A stretch of DNA of 46,818 nt, taken from Selaginella moellendorffii. Taxonomy: Eukaryota; Plantae; Lycopodiophyta. Position numbers and translations under genes: made by a program. The stretch spans positions 1,213,453-1,260,270 of the forward strand of contig NW_003314278.1 of assembly GCF_000143415.4 (NCBI RefSeq), written 5' to 3'. Position 1 is the stretch's first letter, and each line of letters begins with the position of its first letter. This document shows, in pieces, positions 10,321 to 22,639 of the stretch. Below the pieces are notes generated by a model that was given only the letters and a program-made list of their open reading frames with translations, made no database searches and had not been told where the DNA came from.

Positions 10321-10541
10321 ACGTCCCTGTCTGTCTCGACTTCAAACAACAAGTCGTGTAACAGCCCCTCGTACAGCTTGAGCGTCTTGCGCTCGGAGCG
10401 AGCATGCTCGTACAACCTCTGAGATCCCGCTGGATCGGTAACCTTGTCGTCCGTCCCATGCAGCACCAAGAAGGGAGTGCTCACGTTTTGCAAGTTCTTT
10501 TGCAAGAAAGCGGTGATTTTCAGAATCTCGGTACCCGTTCG
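10321..10541 (-). pseudogene. Monoacylglycerol lipase / caffeoylshikimate-esterase-like alpha/beta hydrolase C-terminal fragment
   Basis: RTGTEILKIT..LQKNL..VSTPFLVLHGTDDKVTDP.GSQRLYE.A.S..KTLKLYEGLLHDLLFE covers the catalytic Asp and His region. The nucleophile Ser region is absent. Confidence 0.85.
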
Positions 10542-11019
10542 GACTAAACCTGCCAACAGGTGCCCCAAAACGGAGTGCCCAGATTCAGATAATAAGCCTT
10601 AATATGAAGACTTGCCGGTACCCAAACTCTTTGCTGATAGCAAGTACCGCCTCCTGTTCCGGGAGCAAGGTGATGGCGGCTTGCGGCATGACCAACTTTG
10701 GGTTTGTGCTCCTAGAGCACGTTGAAGACGTGTGGAAGCTGGTGACGACAGCATTTGTTTCTTGCGACGTACTCACCAGTTCCTTGGCAACGTCTTCCTT
10801 CCAGATTTTTTGAGCTTGTCATGAGTGGTGACCTGCTTGCTCTCTCCTGTGACAACTTCTTCCAGCCTCTGGTGCCCAACCTCAAGGCTCTCTTGTGGAT
10901 GGAGCCAGCCCTACACAGTGTGTGTGTGTGTGTATCAACCAGCAGATGCACAAATCGTTGAGAATTAGCAACAAGGCTTAGTATCTAGTGTACTAGTGTA
11001 CATGTACATGTGTTTCAGC

Positions 11020-12075
11020 TAAATATAATGGGCCAAATACACCGAAGAAGTGTGTATAAGAAGAGTAGAAACAAATTAAGAAATATAAATTAAGAATTGC
11101 AAAAGAAATGAAAATAAAAATTGTCCATCCTCATCAGTTTGCTGAAATTAAGTTGGATTCAATTCTTCCAGCTCCAAATATTGTGTGATTGAGTTGTAAG
11201 TTAATTAATAGTAGAAAATAAGAAAAAAAAAAACATTGAAAAAATAGTGTTTGATAATATCTTCTTTGCTTTTAGTTTTTTATTTTTGAAAGAAAATTAG
11301 GGAGTGCTAGTAAAGATATCTTTGCCGTTCATTGGTGGTTAATTAAATGAGCATGTTTAGAGATGTTTATAAGAGTTTAGCTCTGGACCAAGAGTTACCC
11401 GAAAATTAAAGTTCAAAATTTACGTGCACAATAAGCTAAATTAATGTACTTACCCTTATTTTTTATGGGAAATTTTGGATTCGCACGAAAAAAAGGCGAA
11501 TTTAGAGGATTCTTAAGTAATTTTCAAAATCCCCGACCAAATCTAAAGTGTTGGGGTCATTTTATTTTAAGGGAAGTTGTTAAAAATTATTCCGGAAATA
11601 TTCGAGAAGATTCTTAGATTAGGGTTTGGCGTGCCTGCGAAGAAGATCTGATCTCGCGGCACGGCCCGAGAATTAAAACATGGCAGCAGCCGCGGAGATT
11701 TATGAGGAGAGGAAGAAGCAGGTAATCCGATTTTAGGGTTGGAAGAGGAAACAGAGCTCTGGGAAATGGGGCTGGATCTGGGCCTGCTCGTGCTCTATCT
11801 TCACCAACAGGAGGAGGAAGAGGTGCCCATGGAGGGAGAGGTGGCCGGAGTGGGAGGAGGGCGCGGGGTGGCCGGGGTTGGCCGGGGTTGGCCGCGGATC
11901 TCTGAATCTGGCCCCGGGAGGATTAGGCCATGGTTCTGAGGCGGCTCGAGGAGGGGGTGCCCCGGGAGGAGGAGGCCATGGTTCTACTCTAGGAGGAGGA
12001 CGCCGCGGTTCTTCTCCGGGAGGAGGAGGCCATGGATCATCGCCAGGAGGAGCCCAAGCCACGTCCGGAGGAGTC
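11020..12075 (+). mobile_element. 5'-end fragment of the PIF/Harbinger-like element (AT-rich end plus Gly-rich start of the Myb/SANT gene)
   Basis: Near-identical to about 34500-35572, which leads into the Myb and HARBI1-like genes. Truncated at 12075. Confidence 0.7.
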
Positions 12076-12786
12076 GATCCAATTTGCAAGATCAAGAGGT
12101 ACTTGATGTCTGGAGAGAGTGCTGGAACCGACTGGCTCCCTCCGGAGTGCGATATCTCCATCAGGCCCGGTTGGTTTTGGCACAGGAACGAGGCTCCAAA
12201 ATCCCTGAAGCAGCTGCTCGACGTTTTCTACAAATCATCCGCCAGGAACTGCTTGCTCCTGCTCAACGTCCCTCCAAACTCGTCGGGACTGATCGGCGAA
12301 TCCGACTTCCAGACGCTGGAGCGGTTTAGCTCCGCCATAGATTCCATCTTCAGCGTCAACTTAGCAGCAAATCCCTTGTCCGTGACAGCAAGCAGCATTC
12401 GCAGCTCTTCGTTCGGGCCGCAGCAAATCCTTGACGAGTGTATGGAAACTTTCTGGGCTCCAATGCAAGGGGAGTCGACCGGCTGGATCGAGCTTGATCT
12501 TGGCAAGATCTCAAAGTTCAACGCACTGGAGATCCGAGAGCCAGTAAACATGGGACAAAGGGTCATGGAATATCACGTCGAGGCATGGGACAGCGAGCTG
12601 GGCTGGTACCTGGTGAGCAACGGTAGCACCATTGGTTACAGGAAAGTGGATCGACTGGAAGAGGATCAAGTATGCGCTGCTCGCCTCGTTCGACTGCTAA
12701 TTGATGCGTCGCGGGGAGATCCATTGATCTGCTTCTTTGGTTTGTACTTCGATATGTACAACCTCATGCACTTGTCTTCTATTTAG
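12076..12786 (+). pseudogene. GH29 alpha-L-fucosidase C-terminal fragment, fused in frame to a Gly-rich TE-derived N-terminus
   Basis: DWLPPECDISIRPGWFWH...PKSL.QLLDVFYKS.ARNCLLLLNVPPNSSGLI, followed by an F5/8-like C-terminal domain (EPV.MGQRV...GSTIGYRK). The N-terminal half of the catalytic barrel is missing. Confidence 0.88.
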
Positions 12787-14399
12787 AAGAGAAACTACAA
12801 GAGGATATGTATATACACTTTTCAGGTATGAGAAACATAGCTTTGGGTTGGAAATCCCTGGCCTGATCAATAACAGTCTCTTTGCATCACTCCTAACAGA
12901 TTGGAGCCTAGAGAACAACCAAAAAAAATCAAGAGCTAGCCCTCTACCCTTTGAGCTCGTGGAAAGTACCTTTGCATGGAGGTGGCAGCTGGTTAAACTT
13001 GAGAAGTTAGCTTGTCTGGAAAACCTTTTGTTGCTCTTGCTTCCTCACCACAAAATCACATTTGCAAACATGAATAACTATAAGGTGGTGGACGATTAGT
13101 TTTATGATATAGAGGATTACTTTTGAATGTTGTTATTATTGAGTTTGGAGAAGGTTCCATGTGTTAAACCATACTTGATAGATAATGTTAAACATTGGAG
13201 AACAATAGAGGCTAATAAAGGACTAATGGCCACTTAGGAAATGATAAAGGCAAGGAAACCATTATTAAAATGTTTTTAATTTATAAACACTGTAAGTGTT
13301 TGGCCCTCACAACACAAAATTATTCTAAATAAATATCAACAATTAAATTATAGAATATTCAAGAATACCCAGGTATATCCTATGTTGGTTTGCTTAAGCA
13401 AACCAAAAATATAATGCCTAAATTGAAGAAATACTCAAAGGTGTAAATGACTATAACTTAACTGAAGCCATAAAAGATAAGTATTATGGAAAAATAAAGA
13501 ATATAAATATAACAAAATTGATATGTGTGCAAATACTAAACAGGTCATACACCTTGTGGGTGTTCTTTTGCAAATAGCCTGCAGAAAAAAAGCTATTAAA
13601 ATAAATATTTGATTTGTCTATTTAAATTATAACTCAATGTAGATTAAAATCACTAAAGATGATCCTAATGATTCAAACAACTATTATACTTGTCTCAAAA
13701 GGCTAGCAATATTCTAATCTGAATACCAATCCTGGATTTGAAATGATGCTAGACTGAAAGATTAAAGGGAACTGAAGTATATCTCTAGTTGAGACTAGTA
13801 TTCCTAAGAGTTTAAGAATAATTAAGATTGTACTCCAATATGTTAGTTTTGAAAAATTTCATATACTTATATTCCAAGATATTGGAAGAGAAGGGAATAG
13901 ATTGGTCACGAAACATTGAACAAGTGCTAGTTGCCATTGAAGGAGCAATATTGCCCTATACAACAACATTATATATAAAACTCCACCCTGCAGAATAGAA
14001 AGAAAGTTTTCGAAGGGAATGGATGAGTAGGAAATGGCACTTGTGTTTGATAACATATGTCAAACTTCTCATCATCAAATTACTTAACTATCCTTCATTA
14101 TGCATATATTAATTCCTAAAGCTCTCCAAGGATTTGGTTCTTGACAGATTATGGCATTGACTTTGCGGAAGATTTGATAAATTTCCTTGTAAAATCGCCT
14201 TGCATACATGCTTTGCAAAGAACAATCCAGTCAACATAGATTAAGCCCATCATAAAAGTGGGCCAATTGTCTTTAAACTTAATTCTCTGTATCAACATCC
14301 AATGAAGCCTTTGTAAATGCTAGCTATCGATGAATGGGTTGAGGCCCAGCTCCAGCAACATGCTGTGCAATGCTTCGCAAGCGGAGAGGATACCATATA

Positions 14400-17118
14400 G
14401 AACTTTGCATAACCTTTGCAAAACTTTTCCAAAATCCACTAATGAACTTTGAATCTCGATTGCTAACGATGTCCTTTGGCAAACCAAAATCAGGAAAAAC
14501 CTTCTCTAAGTAAACTGCAGCCAAGTTTAAAGCAGTGACACTCTTCCGAAGAAATAACAACTGCACATACTTTGTCAAACGATCCACTATGACCCATACT
14601 TGCTCCTTTTGCCTCTGTGTTCATGGCAAACAAGTGATGGCGTCCATAGAAATACTACACCAATGGCTTTGAGGAATAGGTAAAGGTTGAAAAAGCCCCC
14701 CCAGCTTCTCCCATGGCACCTTTACCAGCTGACAAAGCTCACATGACTTATAGTACTTGAGGATATCAGCCTTCATATTTCTCCAATAGAAATTGTGGTT
14801 AATCAACTCATATGTCTTCTTCCCCCCAAAATGACTGGCCTCTGGACAATTATGATAGTGAAATAAAACCTAAGTAATTAACACATCCACCTATAGCAAA
14901 TATATATGGCCATTGTAGTAAAGAATCCCATCCACCAATGAGAAAGGTGCTTTCATTTGGGTTTGTAATGAGACCACCTCAACATCCTTAGCTTGAGCAC
15001 GCTCAACCAACTGCCCAAACTCGCTAACAACCTTACTCAAATGATGACAAAACCGTGTTTGTAACACCATCACATGGCAAACATGAGATAAAGCATCCGC
15101 CACCACATTCAATTTTTTTGGACGATGCTCAATAGAAAATCCCCCAAACTCCATAAGTTTGACCATCTAACGAACTTGCCTAGTGTTCAACTCCTTTTGT
15201 GTGAAAAGATATACAAGGGGTTTATGATCCGTCAACACTATGAACACTACACCATAAAGATAGTGCCGCCACGTCCGTAAAGCATGAATAATAGAGAGTA
15301 ACTTTTGCTCATATATGGAATAGCGTTGTTCCATGAGATTCAAAGTTTGACTCTCATATGCAATAGGCTGTCCCTCTTGCATGAGAACTCCTCCCAATGC
15401 ATAACCACTTGTATCACATGTCACCACATAAGGTTTTGATGGATCAGCAATGCAAAGCATTAAAGCCTCGCTCAACAACCATTTCAATGCCACAAAACTA
15501 TCCTTATGTGGCTTCTTCCACTCGAATGGCATATTCTTGTGCAACAATCCTGTCAAAGGAATAGCCACCTCTGTTATAGTGCATCTTATCTCTCTCCCCT
15601 TAAACCAATTGGAAAAGAGGTAATTTTTTTATGAGAGAACCTTTAATGGTTATTTTATCTCTATTTATCCCCCAAGGTTCCAAGGATCCACAGTAACAGT
15701 ATATCCAAATCTCATCCCATGATCACATGCATTACATCTACAAACTTATGTCAGTAGTAACTAGCCATACCAAGGAAATAGCGTAACTCAACCACTGAAG
15801 TCAGTGTAGGCCAATTCTCCACCATAGCCACCTTGGATCCATCTTGACACCCTTGGATGTCATAATATGGCCTAAATATTCCACTTTTGACTTTGCAAAC
15901 TCACATTTGCTTTTCTTTACATAAAGTTTGTTGTCACGAAGTAACAAAATAACTTTGCATAAATGCACCTTATGCTCCTTTATATTCTTGCTAAAAACAA
16001 GAATATCATCCAAGAAAATCTCCATAAACTCATGAAGGTAACGCCTAAAGACCTTTGTCATCAACTAAGTAAATGTGGCTGGTGTATTCGTTAAACCAAA
16101 TGGCATAACCGTAAACTCAAAATGCCTAAAACTCGTGTTGAATGCCATCTTGGAGATAGATGCATCATCCGTGGCAATTTGATGATATCTACTTCTCATA
16201 TCAATCTTAGTAAACACTCTGCTTCTTTGACACTTGTGTACCCAAAGTAGCCACCATAGACTTCAGCTTGTGATGTTTATTCCCATCCTTGTGTTCATAA
16301 TGATCATCACGATAATTCTCAACAGAAGGACTCGTCGAACGCTTATGAGACTTATACTTGTTATTGTCAAGTCGACAAGCAGCATCAAAGAGCTCTTCCA
16401 AATTTTTTGTAGGCTGAGAATGACACAAGTGTTGCCATATGCTCTTATTATGAATGCCATCAATGAAGTAAGACTTGTTCTAATCTGGATCCTTCATTGG
16501 AACACGGCTAATTAAATGAGTCAACTTCTCAATATAGTCCCCAAGCTTCATTTTCCCTTGTTGAAAATGTCAAAGTTTGGTCTAAGCATTTTTCATGTCA
16601 TAGTGAAGGGCAAAACATAAATGGAAAGCAACCTCAAACTCATCCATCATAGACACTAATGGTTTTTTATCCGCAACACAAGACTCTTTTAGCCAATTTC
16701 ACCACCAAAGACCCACATCACACAAAACCATTGGAATAGCCACTAAAGCTTTTGCATTTGGAGTTCCTCTAGCAGCCAAGAATTTCTTCACATTGGCTAG
16801 CCAAGCTAGACATTCATCCACATAACCATCACCAGAAAAAGTTGAAATCTTGAGTTAATCCACCAAAAAAGGCTTACTTGGAGTGCCACCACGACCAGCC
16901 TCAAGTGCTTCAACACGCTCATGCAAGGTACCCATCATGCTATGCATCTTGTCTTACATCTCTTGTTGATTTTTATTAAGGGCTTGCAACTCGTGAATAA
17001 CATCTTCCATGGTCCAAAACACTACAGCTCCGTCGGCACCATCATCAGCACTACCATCGACAATAGGATTCCAATGTTCAACTTGGTCGGCCATCACAAT
17101 TAATGCCTCTGATACCAA
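14400..17118 (-). mobile_element. Degenerate Ty3/Gypsy internal region (gag - deletion - RT - RNase H - integrase)
   Basis: RT: VMPFGLTNTPATF and EIFLDDILVFS...KSKCEF. RNase H: VTCDTSGYALGGVL and TDHKPL. Integrase: CELCQ, QPLPIP..W.SISMD and DRLTKY. Gag is fused directly to RT near 16219. Confidence 0.92.
17107..17117 (-). promoter_or_regulatory. Primer-binding site (tRNA-iMet, TGGTATCAGAG)
   Basis: The + strand reads ctctgatacca. It lies 1 nt after the LTR 3' end ...TAACA. Confidence 0.85.
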
Positions 17119-17308
17119 TGTTATAACCCCGGCACAAAAATTCAACGATTTAGTCTTCCTAAACTAAATTACACCTCCTCTTGAACTCAACCACCCCCAA
17201 GCTACCTCAAAAGCTCCTCTACACTGTCACTCTTAAATTCCTTACCCTAACATGCCTTCATAAACCCTTGAGCCTCCCTTTGACCAATGTTGACCATGAT
17301 CGCCAACA
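17119..17308 (-). mobile_element. 5' LTR (TGTTGG...TAACA), internally deleted relative to the split copy at 37642-37776 plus 41161-41240
   Basis: TG...CA termini, an adjacent PBS, and gag downstream. Confidence 0.7.
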
Positions 17309-17574
17309 TTAACACTCAAAACATTGAAGTCTTCTACCATACCCTTGATCTCTATCCCCAAACACAAGCATGCTTACTATAGTAGTTTCCATGATCATTA
17401 TAACCACCTAAAGTAATTGCTATTTGCTCTTCAAATGTTTCTCTGGGTTGAGATAAGCCATACATATGTTCATCTTTTCCATTTCTTCTCAATAAATTAT
17501 CTTCTCCAATGCCCTATAAAAAAGAGCTTGGATTGTAACACCTCAAGAAAAATAGAATCAAATGTGAGTAGAGT

Positions 17575-20080
17575 GTTACCTTTCAGCCACTGCTCGCACC
17601 TTGTCCAGGTCCGCAAGACACAACCAATAAGCCATGCATTTGATTCACATGGAGCTACTATTTGGTGACGCTGCTACAAGCCTTTCAAAGTCGTCCTTGG
17701 TCTCTGGAGGCTGGTCCTTCTGTAATAACTTCTCTTTTGCTGCAGCCTCCCTGTCAAGAAGCAGGACATGAGAAGACTAAATATAAACAAGAAGTAACTC
17801 TGCTCTTTCAAGTCAATTGGCACTGTATCCTCAACGTCTTTGTTGAGAGTGGATCCACATGCATAGCTGTGGGAATCGTTTTGATGCCAGATCCAAGTAG
17901 TCCTCCTCCTCCCTCTCATCATTATCCATGAGCACATTTGTGTTCGAAGGCTCTTCATTTATAGCTTCTTCCTCCATCGGCTCGATGCCATCCTCAGGGG
18001 TCAGAAATACCGCTTTCATTCCAAGAGATATACGTTTGGTTTCAGCATCAACCTGTAGAGGGAAATCATAACCCTGTGGTTTTACTAAGTCTTTCGTTCC
18101 AACCTTTAGAATCTTTACTAGAACCCATTGGCGAACTTTGAAAAGTGTTGACAACGCTTGAAAAAAATCGTAAGACACTTCAGAGACATGACACAAGCAA
18201 CCTGGAGCACAGACTAAAGTTTCAATGTTGTGTATGCNNNNNNNNNNNNNNNNNNNNNNNNNNNNNNNNNNNNNNNNNNNNNNNNNNNNNNNNNNNNNNN
18301 NNNNNNNNNNNNNNNNNNNNNNNNNNNNNNNNNNNNNCCACCAAAGACATTTCAATGTGCCCAGACAATGGCTCGATGCTTAAAATTCTGACGAAGAAGA
18401 AAATATCAGCAAACACTTCCATACGGAGAAAAGTTCATACCTTCCCGATATCACCTTGCCTGGTGGAAACATTTCTGCAGGGTTTTGTACAAACGAGTTC
18501 GATAGGTTCTTCAGTTGAATTCTAGCTTCAAGTGAAGGTGACAGGACCACAAAAAAACCTTTCTCCATCACATTCTTGACAAAACCCTGCAACACAAAAA
18601 CAAGTCACGTCCACAGCATGCAAGGTTTCTGCTTACTTGCACTTCATATCTTGCTTACGTTCCAACACGGAATTGACAATACGAGCATTGGATGCAGAGT
18701 CAAAAAAATTTAATGCAAATCTCGGAAGTTACCTTTCAAGTGTTTGATAGCTCGGAATGGACTCAAAACCACCACGTCCACCAACTTACTGAAAGTTCCA
18801 AGCCCATCTTTCCCCTCCCTGGTCGTTTTAAATCCAAGACCCTGCACCTTACAAACTGTCCCTCTGTAAATAAAATGGCTGGGTCATCAATCCATGTATC
18901 GTTACATGAACTTTTCTGATACTTTCCCATCTGCCTTGCACAGTATGTCTGCCAACACCAGCAAAAACTCGTGTGATCCGTCGGCCTAACAGGTCGCCTT
19001 TCTTGAATTGTTCGTCACTTGTTTTTGTAGAGACAAATCCACTTGCTTCCTTTCGTGGTTAACACTTCTTATATGGCACTGGAACGGGTCACCGACTTTG
19101 AAGCGCTCTTTAAAACGTTCAAGCTCCGAGGGATCGTCAGACGTGTCCAGTATAAAAAGGCAGCCTTTAAGATGGGGTGAGAGGACTAGCCATGTCCAGT
19201 TGTCCTTTACTTCTTGAACGTATCTGATAACCGACTGTTCAATGGTTACGGTCAGTAATCACTGAGCATGCAGCATCGTTTCCTGCAAGTCATGATAAGT
19301 AAGTTAATTCAAAGGGACACCATACAGACCTGCAAGCTCAGATGGACGTAGAGATAAATCCAAAGTGGCAGCATTTCTGTGCTTTCTGCTGGTTTTGCGT
19401 TTTGAAAGGATTTTAGCTCGAACAGTCTGCCCAACACTGTATTTTCTCAATGGGTTCCCTTCTTCATAATGATCAAGACATTTGAGGAGTTAAAAGACAG
19501 ACTGGAAAACAGAAACGAACCTCTGTAATGTGCACATTCCCACGCAAGGAGCAGTGGCTGTCCATGGGACATGGCTTGTCTGCCAGTCCTAGAACTATTG
19601 AGTGTTGCAGCCTCCATGAGGCGATTTCTTGGGTGATTTGTGACCTGTGCAGTATGAGAAAGAAGTGACGATTCACACAAGAATTCTACAAACATGGAGC
19701 TCAATCTTGGAAATGTGATCATGAGCATAGCAGGAAGTTTTGAGCAAGAGGACCTTGGTCTCTTGGAATGCAATGATCACTGCAAATGGCTAGAATGGGT
19801 GTCTTTTGAAAGTGCACTTGCAGTGATCATTGCATTCCATTGCTTAAGCTGTTGGATTTCATTCCGGCACCTTTTGTGAATGCATTGATCACCACCCATG
19901 GCAGATCAAGGATCCTAGCTCAAGCAAGAAACATGTTTGATCAAATCTTGTGCAAAACTGTGAGCTCCTGATCACCCATGATCTAACTGTAAGCCCAGTA
20001 AGGACAATCCAGCAAAACCTTATTAAATCTTTGCAGAACTTACCTTTATCAGTGTCTTAGCCACGCCAGCCTAACAAGCA
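17575..20080 (-). pseudogene. RRP5: rRNA biogenesis protein RRP5 internal fragment (S1 repeats to start of TPR/HAT region), intron-containing, copy 1
   Basis: QGFVKNV.EKG.FVVL.PSLEARIQL.NLS..FV..P...FP.GK.ISGRILSIEPLSGHIEMSL; VDAETKRISLGMK; DFERLV.ASPNSS..W(I). Short GT-AG introns are present, along with frameshifts and a 100-N gap. Confidence 0.82.
18238..18337. other. Assembly gap (100 N)
   Basis: Run of N. Confidence 1.
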
Positions 20081-20539
20081 AGATCCAGGAGAACTTTTGT
20101 ATCAATCACTACAGCCACTTGATTATATTGTTGCCCATTGCATGGAGAAGAAGCTCAAACTTCTTCTATCACTGTGATACTCTACTATGAGGAGCAAGTA
20201 AAAAGTTCCTTGTTTTCTGTTTATGGACATGCTATAAAGACAAACACATCAGACTACTCAAAAAAAGTGAACTTTTTGACTAGTAATAATGTTCTTAAAG
20301 GAAAGTTTGCAAGATTTTATATTCTTCACTATTTGCTTTAAGCTTGCTGTAGGAAGAATAAAATTGATAAAAAAAACATTAGTTGAACTCTTTGAGAAGT
20401 ACATATGAATCAAAAAATGTATTAAAATGAGTACATCATATAAATTTTTTATTTATGTAAAAATTGACAATATCAAAGCAAACCAAACGTTGTTGCATAG
20501 TGCAATGCAGAAAATTATATCTATTTGAGTTCGGTTCAA

Positions 20540-20848
20540 TGCAACATATCTCCTCCCTCCAACACTCTTCCTGTAGCAACTCTCCTCCATGTCCTCTAGT
20601 GCTCCTCTTCCACATTGTACTTTTGCCAATTCTACTCTTGGATTTTTTTGTTTTTTTTTAATTTTCATCAAATCATTCTTTCTCACCCTCTAGCTCCTCT
20701 AAAACCCCTTGTGCATTGAGTCTCCTCCAGCTCCTCCATCACTCCTCCTATAACAGCTCTTCAGCTCCTCCAGCATTTCTCCTGCAACAGCTCTCCTCCA
20801 ACTCCTCTAGCACTCCTCCTACAACAGCTCTCCTCTAGTAGATGGCTA
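20540..20848 (+). repeat. Degenerate CT-rich tandem repeat (ctcctccagc / ctcctctag units)
   Basis: Low-complexity units seen directly. A paralogue lies at about 40770-41160. Confidence 0.75.
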
Positions 20849-21469
20849 TGCCACGGCTAAGGCCAGCCAAGGTAGTGCTAGCCATGGCCGAGACCTTGTG
20901 CCACCATGCCTGTGCTTGCTATGGGCCATTGGTGGTGTAACTTTGGCCCTAGCTGTGTGGTTATAGATACCACAGCCAAGGACAACATCATTGGCAATCA
21001 AGGTTGCCAGTGGTTGTGGTAAGCTTGGCAAAACATTATCTTTTATGTTGAGAAAGGACCAATTCGCACATTTATTTAGTGAAAAAAAACTTAAGCCACT
21101 TTAAAAATTAAGAAAGTTGGGTTCGCACATTGAAAAAATTTGTGTTGCAAAGTAAACTTATAAGGACTTTTGCATTCGCACATGTCATAGATTTAAGTGG
21201 AAAAACACCCTCGGATTCGCACTTAAAAACAATGCATTCGAACACTTAAAATTCACTTAATTCAAATTTTGAAATTTCAAATTCAAATTCAAATGTTTAG
21301 AATTATATCCCAGCAAATTTCAAAGCAAACACGAACGCCACTGGCAAAGACAGAGGGAAAACGTGAGGTTCTCTCTAACCTCTTTCGCATCCTCTGGACT
21401 GTGCAACTCCTCACGAGGCTCCCCTTCCGCTTGCTCGGGATCACTGTAACCAACAAAGAGGTCCTGGTC

Positions 21470-22530
21470 CTTGAGCCTTTTCACCTCTTTCCTCCAAGCT
21501 TGGATCACCGCCCGAAGATCAGTCTCCCCAACATCAATCAAGAACAACTCTTGATGATGTTGGGAAGGTACTTTGGCTGGATCCTTTGTTTTTGATCCAA
21601 GCATCTGAACTTCATTTTAAGAAGTCCAAATGCTTGCTCAATAACAATCCAAGCAAGGTGGTGATGAAGGTTGAAAGCTGCCTTAGATGGTGTCGGGTTC
21701 GGAGCTGAGCAACAACCAAAACAAGTGAACAAAAGAAAGTAGAATGAAGAAGACTTACTTGTGTGTGGAATCATCAGATGCTGCTGGAGTTGGTACCCTT
21801 TGTCCCCCACTAGGTATGGCTTGATCCTATCATCATATGCTAACACCGCAGGCGATGTCAGCAGCTCCCTTGCTACAATCTTGTTCCTGAGGGTTGAATT
21901 ACGAAAAACCCGGACGCGTCCTGAAAGCAAAAAGAACATTTTAGAACCATCCACAACACACAAAGAAACATACCTGGCCACCCAGCGTAGACACTGAGGA
22001 ACCTCTTCTGGGCATCACAAACCCCTTGCAAGATGACTGAGTACCGCTGCTTCCGGTCGTAGTAGCTCTCGCCATCCAGTCTAGTAGTCGATCGCCCCAG
22101 CAACATTAGGCAGTCGGGTTCCTATTGGTCATCAAAACTTATAACAATCCAAAAAACATAAGAAAATGTACCTGTCACTTGTCGAAAGCCAGCAGTAACA
22201 GCTCGAACCTCCTTGGAGGTTGAAGGAAAATGAATCTTGTACCTGAGACACTTGACAATCGCCACAGTAGTGTCCATGAAAATCTCATGAGCTGTGGACT
22301 CCCCGATGCCGAACTTGTCCGCCAGATCCAAGTAATCTGTGTTCTTGAAAAGCTTGTCCACCAGCACCACACTCCTCCAACCAGTATCTTGCTTCCGGAT
22401 CTCGCTCTCCAGCATGCCACAAATGGTGAAGAACGTCCTCTTCTCCATCTGAAGTTTCCTCTTTCACCTCCCCACATCGTAATACTCCAAAGAAAACTTA
22501 CTCGAGGTGGTGACATTTCGAGGCTTCACC
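21470..22530 (-). mobile_element. PIF/Harbinger DDE transposase (HARBI1-like) pseudogene, copy A
   Basis: MEKRTF..IC, LADKFGIGESTAHEI, YYDRKQRYSVILQGVCD..KRFLSVYAGWPG, YLVGDKGY, IEQAFGLLKMKFRCL. Short introns; deletions remove parts of the DDE motifs. Confidence 0.88.
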
Positions 22531-22639
22531 CACCACAAGCCGATGCAAAACTTCCTCCCAATCACAGCCCGACGAACCTCTAGTTCACGGTCTTCTTCCT
22601 CAGGCAGCGGGGCTCTTGTCATCCGCAATGTGCATTTAA

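Larger units (their letters stand above)
3781..12075 (+). repeat. Direct segmental duplication, paralogous to about 28346-35572
   Basis: Both start gagtataaatgtga...cagcttaaaagagggaagtagg and continue colinearly through the PPR gene, 3' flank, AT-rich tract and Gly-rich ORF. Copy 1 has an extra 9809-10544 block. Confidence 0.93.

Noticed and set aside
10119-10568. 149-aa minus ORF as a complete hydrolase gene
   Set aside because: Only about 75 aa are lipase-like. The rest is read-through into the antisense of the PCC13-62 exon, and the catalytic Ser region is absent.
9800-12800. Calling the captured-fragment region a Helitron or Pack-MULE
   Set aside because: I could not identify a convincing 5'-TC / hairpin-CTRR-3' pair, long TIRs or target-site duplications, so the capture mechanism is left open.
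13500-14400. Possible further exon fragments on the minus strand
   Set aside because: Splice-like signals exist, but the translations contain stops and match no family I recognise.
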